This document shows, piece after piece, positions 51,945 through 58,799 of a stretch of 64,000 bases of DNA. The stretch comes from a virus. Location: the IMG/VR virus record IMGVR_UViG_3300019754_000001, positions 29,905-93,904 of that record. One strand, given 5' to 3'. Position numbers and translations under genes: made by a program. Position 1 is the stretch's first letter. The number at the start of each line of letters is the position of its first letter. The notes beneath the pieces were generated by a model. That model was given only the letters and a program-made list of their open reading frames with translations, did not search any database and was not told the origin of the DNA.

Positions 51945-54047
51945 CTAATCTATTTCACCATATAATAACTTATCAAAGAACGAGTCTTCTTCAATTGAGT
52001 AAGCCTCTCTTATATTATTTCTAACAACAATATCTTTACGCTCCTCTAAGTGTATAAGTAACATAAACAAAGCTATTATCCTATCAAAGTTATCATCATC
52101 GTTATAGTCTATAAGCTCTTGTAGAAGTGCTACGCTTTTGATTGTATGCACATATTCTATGTCTTCATTTTCAAATACTTTTCTTTGTAAGTATTCATTA
52201 ACTAGTTCTTTCCCCAGTGTAAAGATGCCAGTTAATCCTGGAGTTCCAAACTCCCTATCTATTGTAGATGACTTACTAGTTTTTCTAACTATCTCGGGGG
52301 CTGGTAGTAATAAATAAGATTGTCTTTTTCCTACAATGTAGTTTTTAAACCCTAGTAAGTTATTCTCATAGTTAGTTACTGCATTAAAGTACATTAGTAA
52401 TAACCTCAACTGCTCATAATATTCTGTAGATTTAGAGGGTCTTCCTGTATACTCAGCCACTATTACTCCAGTAACTTTATTAGCTATCAAAGTACTTCCC
52501 AAGGAGTCCGTTGTACTCTTATCATGGTCATATGGGTCAGTCCCTGCAAGATACATGAATGAAGGAACCTTACCTTCCCTATCTTTAACCGGTTTTTCCC
52601 ATATGACAATAGCACCTGTTGATGGCATTGATTTATCATGTGGGTATTCACTTATCTCTATAACATTAGGATCGTATATAAACTCAGCCTTTCCTTCAGA
52701 TGTCAATGTCATTCTACCTACCCACTTAGCTTCTCTTTCTGTATCATTAGTCTGCAATTCAGCCAACCTATCTCTTAGCTTTTGTATTGGAAAATCTGAT
52801 ACTGCACGTCTTAACAAAGCTTCTTCTGGATGCTTTGGTCTCTCCATCCTCCTCTGTATAATTGAAGCAGGCTCTGCTCTATTAAGCCTCATCTCATCAA
52901 ACTTATCTTCTTCTATCTCATATGCATTATATATATCTGTATTACCGTTCCTATCTGTAAATCCGTTAATATTTGTATAAGCCGGACAGAAGAATGCTGT
53001 TTTTGTTGTAGGCCTTTTAGACCATATATCTGGAATGCCATGAATATTATACGCTCCGGGCTTATAAAACATTTCCTTTAATCCTCTAAACGATTTCATA
53101 TCATCTCCAGAAGTACCAAAGCCAAGCATTAAACCAAACACTACTGAATCTTGTTCAAAAGACTCCCTTGCTATTTGCCAAGCTTTTACTAACTGGGGGT
53201 TAGACCCAGCTTCCTCAAATATCATAAGTTTTCCCCTCTGCCCCCTAACCTTATCAGCATTATCTTTAACAGATAGACCAATAATAGAGGACTTGTAACC
53301 CTTCTCTAACTTTTGTCCTTTATATATTACCTCCTTAGAGGCTCTCATATGTAAGGTGGTATTCTTCTTTTGGGAATGCTTGAAGAAAGCAGTATGCTCA
53401 TTAACAAATTCTCTCATGTTAAAAGCCCTAGTCATAATGGCATCTGAACCATCTAAGTAAGTCTTATCTCCAGCAACAATATAAGTTTTACTGTCTCTTA
53501 TTAAAAAATAGTTACGCAAGGCCATGCTAGCTCCCTTATATGAATAACCTTTACCCCTTGACTTTAAAACTAGTCCATGCTCTCCTGACTGCTCTGCTTC
53601 TTCTATATAGTGGTAAAAATGGTAATCATAATCCCACATTGAAGGAAAAGATACTATCCTATCCCCACTAACTTTTTTACCTTCTCTAATAGCTGCGTGG
53701 TCTTCTTCTGTATATACTACTTTTTCAATAGGCATGTAGTTAAGATACCAATAGTAATACCCTGTAATAAAATCTCTACCTATGTGATACCCTTCTAAAC
53801 ATCTTCTCCTCTCTTCTTTCCAGAATGCCATATACTTAGAAGTCTTAAATCTATTTTCTAAGTGCTTTGTGTAAACTCCAAACTCTTTAAAGTGTTGTGA
53901 AGTAGCTGTGAATTGATCAATATCTCTGAGGGTATGTGAGAAATTTAATCCAATATGGTTACTCTTTACATAATTTTCATTATAGGGACTAGAGGTCAAA
54001 CTCTTCCTTTCCACCACCCCTAATTTTAGAATCGTTAAGTACATCAC
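51945..54047 (-). CDS. terL: terminase large subunit
   Basis: LKSRGKGYSY Walker A, MIFEEAG Walker B, GTDPYD nuclease motif, C-terminal NFDRIIA. Confidence 0.95.
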   Translation of the reverse strand: MMYLTILKLGVVERKSLTSSPYNENYVKSNHIGLNFSHTLRDIDQFTATSQHFKEFGVYTKHLENRFKTSKYMAFWKEERRRCLEGYHIGRDFITGYYYWYLNYMPIEKVVYTEEDHAAIREGKKVSGDRIVSFPSMWDYDYHFYHYIEEAEQSGEHGLVLKSRGKGYSYKGASMALRNYFLIRDSKTYIVAGDKTYLDGSDAIMTRAFNMREFVNEHTAFFKHSQKKNTTLHMRASKEVIYKGQKLEKGYKSSIIGLSVKDNADKVRGQRGKLMIFEEAGSNPQLVKAWQIARESFEQDSVVFGLMLGFGTSGDDMKSFRGLKEMFYKPGAYNIHGIPDIWSKRPTTKTAFFCPAYTNINGFTDRNGNTDIYNAYEIEEDKFDEMRLNRAEPASIIQRRMERPKHPEEALLRRAVSDFPIQKLRDRLAELQTNDTEREAKWVGRMTLTSEGKAEFIYDPNVIEISEYPHDKSMPSTGAIVIWEKPVKDREGKVPSFMYLAGTDPYDHDKSTTDSLGSTLIANKVTGVIVAEYTGRPSKSTEYYEQLRLLLMYFNAVTNYENNLLGFKNYIVGKRQSYLLLPAPEIVRKTSKSSTIDREFGTPGLTGIFTLGKELVNEYLQRKVFENEDIEYVHTIKSVALLQELIDYNDDDNFDRIIALFMLLIHLEERKDIVVRNNIREAYSIEEDSFFDKLLYGEID

Positions 54048-54537
54048 CCTGCAGAACTTTCTTTTCTAAGTCCGCTAGTACTGTTACTGTAACTACAGCT
54101 TTATTAATCAAATCAAGAAATACTTTTGGGTCATTAACTAGCTTCCCAAAGTCATCCCTCTCTAATACATCCATCTTATCTAATAGTCCTTTTAGTTTAT
54201 TCAATGCCGATATATTTGACCTAACATAAGATAAAGCTACCGAATGCCTATCTTCCATTCTAATGTAAGCCCCCAACCCTGCTACTGTTATTGGGTCAAC
54301 TGGGTTTATGGAAGGTATGGAACTTTGTAACTCTTTTAACCTACTGTCCCTATCTAAAATTCTGTAAGGGTTCTCTGGGTGGGCTGAACCCATAAAGTAG
54401 ATAAAGGCTAAAATATCCTTAGCCTCACCTTTATCTTCAGACGTATCTCTATCTAAAATATCTTTAAACTCTTTTAGTCTAGAGGCCTCCGCAGAAAGTA
54501 TTGGGAGGCCATCATCGTTCATGGTAAGTAAACTCAT
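53989..54537 (-). CDS. putative terminase small subunit
   Basis: 182 aa helical protein overlapping the terL start; C-terminal KIRGGG; position. Confidence 0.5.
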   Translation of the reverse strand: MSLLTMNDDGLPILSAEASRLKEFKDILDRDTSEDKGEAKDILAFIYFMGSAHPENPYRILDRDSRLKELQSSIPSINPVDPITVAGLGAYIRMEDRHSVALSYVRSNISALNKLKGLLDKMDVLERDDFGKLVNDPKVFLDLINKAVVTVTVLADLEKKVLQGDVLNDSKIRGGGKEEFDL

Positions 54538-54986
54538 TTCTTATAGTATTTTTTATTTGATTTATTGAATAGATTAAATCCATTCAGCTTTAAAAAACTT
54601 ATCCATTCATTCTCTACATCGTATATAATTTTCTCATTTACGCTATTTAAAAGGAACATTTTAAGTTCATTCTTTGATTCCATCACTTGGAACATCCAGT
54701 AGTATTTAGCTCTCCATATCTTTCTTTTCTTTATCATCTTTTTTATTTCTGTGATGTGCTCATTAAACCTGACAGATATATCATTCTTTGTTACTCCTAT
54801 ATACATATTCATAGGCATACTACCATCTAAAGGCTCTTCATATATAATATAAACGTTATTCCTTTTGGGCAGATACTTAAATCCTTTATCTATATAAAAT
54901 AAATCTACCCTCTTAGACCTCTCTTTAACGTAATCAATTTTCTTCTGTATTATCAATTCGAATAGATTTATTCCATACATAGCCAT
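54534..54986 (-). CDS. GIY-YIG family nuclease
   Basis: NVYII...YIGVT...RFNEH...ENEWI...N pattern. Confidence 0.7.
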   Translation of the reverse strand: MAMYGINLFELIIQKKIDYVKERSKRVDLFYIDKGFKYLPKRNNVYIIYEEPLDGSMPMNMYIGVTKNDISVRFNEHITEIKKMIKKRKIWRAKYYWMFQVMESKNELKMFLLNSVNEKIIYDVENEWISFLKLNGFNLFNKSNKKYYKK

Positions 54987-55884
54987 ACATTTTTTTGCCT
55001 GTATCTAATACCCTTAATATAGGTGATACTTTTATATTAGATTTGTTTGTAATTGCTTTCAATAATTGAACAGCTTCGTAAGGCTTTCCAATTTCTTTTA
55101 TTAAAACATTACCTTCCGCATCGCACATATCTATTAAGAAGTTATGTTTAACAGTAGCTTTACCAACGTTTGGATAAATCTTTTGGGGAGCTTCTCCATC
55201 CAAATAATACCAAAGGCGTTTATTCAAACTACCTACCTTATTACTTTTATTGATAAACTCCCCATAAGCTTCCAAAGCTAAACCTAACTTATTTATATTT
55301 ATGCCACTCTTCTTATGCGCATTGTAGATGTTATTATGAACTTCAATTAAATCTCCATCCATAGTATATTCAGCTACTCTTCTTATTGTAAACTCTTTTA
55401 GCATTGAGACTCTGGTAAAGTCTAAACCGTGTTTAGCTTTATCCTTATTAACAATCTCTGCAAATCTAACTTCTGCATTGAAAGCATTATATATTTTATT
55501 ATCTTGCAGTTTGTATAGTTCACTAGTTTCAGTATTTATAAACATAAAACCATCTTCAACTGTCCAATCAAAATACTTCCAATTATTCTTTTCCAAGTAA
55601 GCCTTAGCATACTTAAATTCTTTAGTCAAATCCTCTTCTTTAATTCCTTCAGGATTAAACATCTTATTTCGAAGTGCCCTATGCTTAATTCTAAACTCTC
55701 CAATCTTTCCTAGCTTTATCCTACTGATGTATGGCTTTTTATCTATAGAGCCATACATCATTAGGCGTTTAACTGCTAAAGAGTGAAGTAAAAGTATAGA
55801 TTCTATAGCTTCTACGGGCATACCTTGTTTATAACTTAACTCTTTAACAATTTCCCTCTGTACATAATCAAACTCCAGGGACAT
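54934..55884 (-). CDS. HU/IHF-like domain fused to two NUMOD1-like DNA-binding repeats
   Basis: N-terminal EIVKELS...IKLGKIGEF; RVAEYTMDGDLIEVHNNIYNAHKKSGI; C-terminal ...KKMYGYVW. Confidence 0.55.
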   Translation of the reverse strand: MSLEFDYVQREIVKELSYKQGMPVEAIESILLLHSLAVKRLMMYGSIDKKPYISRIKLGKIGEFRIKHRALRNKMFNPEGIKEEDLTKEFKYAKAYLEKNNWKYFDWTVEDGFMFINTETSELYKLQDNKIYNAFNAEVRFAEIVNKDKAKHGLDFTRVSMLKEFTIRRVAEYTMDGDLIEVHNNIYNAHKKSGININKLGLALEAYGEFINKSNKVGSLNKRLWYYLDGEAPQKIYPNVGKATVKHNFLIDMCDAEGNVLIKEIGKPYEAVQLLKAITNKSNIKVSPILRVLDTGKKMYGYVWNKSIRIDNTEEN

Positions 55885-56719
55885 CTAAAACACTGAGTGT
55901 TTTCTTCATAGGTGTAAGTATTTCATCCATCTCCTCTCCTAAATCTCTAACTACGTAGTGTTGATAACCTTTCTCATACCAATCATCTGCCAATGCTCCA
56001 TCAACATGAAAAAGTACCATTCCATCAACCTGTATTCCAGTATCTTCTTCATATAGCTTTTTATAAAGATTGAGCTGAATCTCTCCGGAGTGTTGAACAC
56101 AATTACGCATAGCTAACTTTCTGAAAGGGTCTAACAAGTAACCAGGTAGCTTGTTTTTATGCTGTTCCCTATATTGTTCTACAGTAAATGCTTTAGCAAA
56201 TTTAAAATCTCCTATAAGTACAGAACCGCTAACTTTATTCCTTAAGACGATGTCTATTGTGTATCCTATGAGGTGTGTCTTATTACCCCTACTGACTTCC
56301 ATTTCTAATATATCATACTTTTGCACTATGCTAGTCATGAGGGCGTGTGCATTTCTCTCTAATCTACTTTTAGCTACTGTTCCGATTGGGTCTAAGTAAA
56401 ACATCTCACAGAACTCATGACCTGCTGTACCTATGCAGGCAGCTCTATTACCATCAAGTCTCCAATACCTTCTTATATCCTCTGCAGTATTTAAGTATGC
56501 TTTCTTATTTCTTTTATTGTTGTTAGCCATCAGTTGAGATATCATGCCCTTTTCAAAAGGTTTCTTGTACCTTGCAACAATAGTTGTTCCACTAACTAAC
56601 TCTACACCACCGAGTAAGTATTTATGGGATTGGGGGTCAAACTTAAACCCCTTATTATTGTTTAATTTCTTTCTTACTTCTGGGTCTTTTTCCCCTTGAT
56701 TCTTAAATGTTAATCCCAT
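55868..56719 (-). CDS. PD-(D/E)xK nuclease
   Basis: FDPQSHKY, GTAGH, GYTIDIV...IGDFK, QLNLY motifs. Confidence 0.8.
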   Translation of the reverse strand: MGLTFKNQGEKDPEVRKKLNNNKGFKFDPQSHKYLLGGVELVSGTTIVARYKKPFEKGMISQLMANNNKRNKKAYLNTAEDIRRYWRLDGNRAACIGTAGHEFCEMFYLDPIGTVAKSRLERNAHALMTSIVQKYDILEMEVSRGNKTHLIGYTIDIVLRNKVSGSVLIGDFKFAKAFTVEQYREQHKNKLPGYLLDPFRKLAMRNCVQHSGEIQLNLYKKLYEEDTGIQVDGMVLFHVDGALADDWYEKGYQHYVVRDLGEEMDEILTPMKKTLSVLDVPGV

Positions 56720-56720
56720 A

Positions 56721-56963
56721 TTACCCTACTGTTAATTTTAATTTCATTGTTAATTCGTCTGTCTCATTTGCTATCCACCAATCATTTCCGATTCTTATAT
56801 TCAACATACCTTCATCATCTTTATAATACTGTCTTACTTCTTCACTAGATACAGATAGAACTGTTTCATAGTATTCAACCTTTGGGTGAGGCATTCCAAG
56901 CCTATGTGCCTTGTCTAATTCTTCTTCACTCCTTGTTTTAATTAACCTTACTGTTATTTCCAT
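56721..56963 (-). CDS. hypothetical protein (80 aa)
   Basis: ORF in operon. Confidence 0.7.
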   Translation of the reverse strand: MEITVRLIKTRSEEELDKAHRLGMPHPKVEYYETVLSVSSEEVRQYYKDDEGMLNIRIGNDWWIANETDELTMKLKLTVG

Positions 56964-57241
56964 GACCTTTCAATTATATTTAAAATAGTTAATAATTCCC
57001 TTTCACTTTTAAAGATACCTCTAAACCTTACTACCATTACCTTAATATCTTTTCCTACTACTTCAATCTTTACATTTTCTTTTATTGTTATTTTTAACTC
57101 ATTCTCCTCTATCTCTAATAAAACTTCTACTATCTTTAATCCTTTTCTTAATATATTTTCTATATTCCATTTTCCTTCTTCTATTTCTTTATAACCTTTA
57201 AACTTTAATATCTTATAAATAGCTTCTATAAACTCTTTCAT
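56954..57241 (-). CDS. hypothetical protein (95 aa), first gene of the late module
   Basis: ORF about 100 nt downstream of the leftward promoter. Confidence 0.65.
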   Translation of the reverse strand: MKEFIEAIYKILKFKGYKEIEEGKWNIENILRKGLKIVEVLLEIEENELKITIKENVKIEVVGKDIKVMVVRFRGIFKSERELLTILNIIERSWK

Positions 57242-57298
57242 GCCTTAGTCTTTTATTGTTACTATGTAGTGTATTATGAAATTTGAGTAGTCAAGAGT

Positions 57299-57365
57299 AT
57301 CTTTAATTTGTAACTTTGTGTCCTTGAAAACGAGCTTTCATGCCTCAAAGTTACAAATTAAAGAT
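57299..57365. repeat. perfect 20-bp inverted repeat, each arm containing TAACTTTG
   Basis: atctttaatttgtaactttg (57299-57318) / caaagttacaaattaaagat (57346-57365), 27-nt spacer. Confidence 0.9.
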
Positions 57366-57376
57366 GACTTTTGCAA
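57346..57376 (-). promoter_or_regulatory. leftward Bacteroidota promoter for the late module
   Basis: TTG (57376-57374), N20, TAACTTTG (57353-57346). Confidence 0.7.
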
Positions 57377-57429
57377 TACCCAAAATATCAAAAAACTAGC
57401 ATAAAGAAGAAAGGTAAATAAAATAATAT

Positions 57430-57469
57430 AATAAAGAATAAGAATAAAGAAATAAAGAATAAGAATAAA
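57430..57469 (+). repeat. AT-rich direct repeat
   Basis: aataaagaataagaataaa at 57430-57448 and 57451-57469. Confidence 0.7.
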
Positions 57470-57547
57470 AAAGATAAAGAATAAGTTAAAAGAATTAGAT
57501 TGGGGGATAGTTTATATTTAAGTTTAATATAAATTATATCTTCAATG

Positions 57548-57707
57548 AAGCCATAGAAGAAGACTAGTCGGCGGCTATTGATTAATCCCCCACTTAATAC
57601 CCCCACGCTTAATACTTAAAGATTTTACAACAATAGTAGTCTTACAGGATTTAATCTACTACGTTAGATTGAGCGGCGCGCCGAACTACTGCTTTCTTCT
57701 ATGGCTT
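57548..57707. ncRNA. 160-nt long imperfect hairpin, candidate sRNA or cruciform
   Basis: aagccatagaaga / tcttctatggctt closing stem, inner cggcg / cgccg and gattaatcc / ggatttaatc pairings. Confidence 0.5.
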
Positions 57708-58038
57708 AAGTGCTAAAATACTTAGAATTTATATATAGGAAAGACACTTGATAAATAACCCCCCCCCTTCCAATAATTCATTAAGAACAATAGATATAAA
57801 ACAATAGCTACTGGAAAGAGAATAGAGATGAGCCCCTCTATATACTACTTATTGTTGAAAAGGAGGTATTGAAAAAGAAAGGAGAGGAGTAGTGGGGGGG
57901 GTTATTATAGAAAAGTGATATAAAAAAAGGAAATATAAGGGGGGGGTATAATGTAAGGTAGATAATATAGAATAGGAGAATGTGGAGGGATATTATGTGG
58001 GAGGGTATTATAAGGGAAGGTATCGTGTTGGAGATATT

Positions 58039-58074
58039 GGGGGGAGGTGGGGGGGGGAGAGGTGGGGGGGGGAG
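58039..58074 (+). other. G-quadruplex-capable G-run cluster
   Basis: G6-a-gg-t-G9-aga-gg-t-G9. Confidence 0.6.
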
Positions 58075-58244
58075 TATAAAAAATTTTTATATAAAAAAAA
58101 ATTAGTATGTCGGTATATATATAGAACACTTTAGGAGACCCCTACGGTGTATTGGTTGTATTGAAACCCTACGGGGGAGTAAGCAGATACAGCTCGGTTT
58201 AAAAGTGAACCGGATAACGAATCACTTCAAATACATTTACAGTT

Positions 58245-58754
58245 ATGGCACAGCCGAAAGCGGAAGCTACATTCAAATCAACGTCTTTATTTAACGGTTT
58301 TAAAGTCCGCCAAGACGGTTCAGTTTACATTTCAACATCCTTAGCAGTAACTAAAGCTACTGAGGTAATATCCAAATCGGGACGAAAAAGGATATACAAT
58401 ATCGGCGATAAAATGCCGTTAGCTATCCCAAGTTCTACAAAGTTCATGAGAGCAATTGGACTGGACTGGACACCTGGAAAAACAATGCTGGATATCTTTT
58501 CCAGAGAGTTAACAGTAGGCACAGCCTACGAGGGCACAGATGGCAAGGAATTCATCTTCGGTTTAGACAAGGATGGTAATCCCTATGAGGGCAATCCTGT
58601 AGGGACTGCTATCGAACGTTTCGAAGCTACGGCTTCAGAAGAACAAGAGGTTAACACACACCTCGTTAATGCAATTGAAACAGCTCAGGCTAATGCCTAC
58701 CTAAACATGGTTGGTGCAATGGCTAAAGAGGAAACTTCTGCCGACTTGGACTAA
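58245..58754 (+). CDS. hypothetical protein, first gene of the rightward (probably early) region
   Basis: 169 aa; structured leader upstream; strong hairpin downstream; acidic C-terminus. Confidence 0.8.
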   Translation: MAQPKAEATFKSTSLFNGFKVRQDGSVYISTSLAVTKATEVISKSGRKRIYNIGDKMPLAIPSSTKFMRAIGLDWTPGKTMLDIFSRELTVGTAYEGTDGKEFIFGLDKDGNPYEGNPVGTAIERFEATASEEQEVNTHLVNAIETAQANAYLNMVGAMAKEETSADLD

Positions 58755-58761
58755 TAACAAA

Positions 58762-58788
58762 ATCCCCTCACTTAATTGTGGGGGGATA
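58762..58788 (+). terminator. hairpin after the 169-aa gene (terminator or processing stem)
   Basis: atcccctcac / gtggggggat stem; weak U-tract. Confidence 0.5.
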
Positions 58789-58799
58789 CTTGTTAACAC

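Noticed and set aside
45146-54047. Introns or inteins in terL, portal or MCP
   Set aside because: Genes are continuous, of expected size, with no splice-junction or LAGLIDADG motifs seen.
5531-56399. Numerous + strand ORFs antisense to late genes
   Set aside because: Shadow ORFs of long minus-strand genes, without initiation context or motifs.
57388-58129. ORFs 57388-57606 and 57905-58129 (-)
   Set aside because: Low-complexity translations of the A-rich and G-run tracts.
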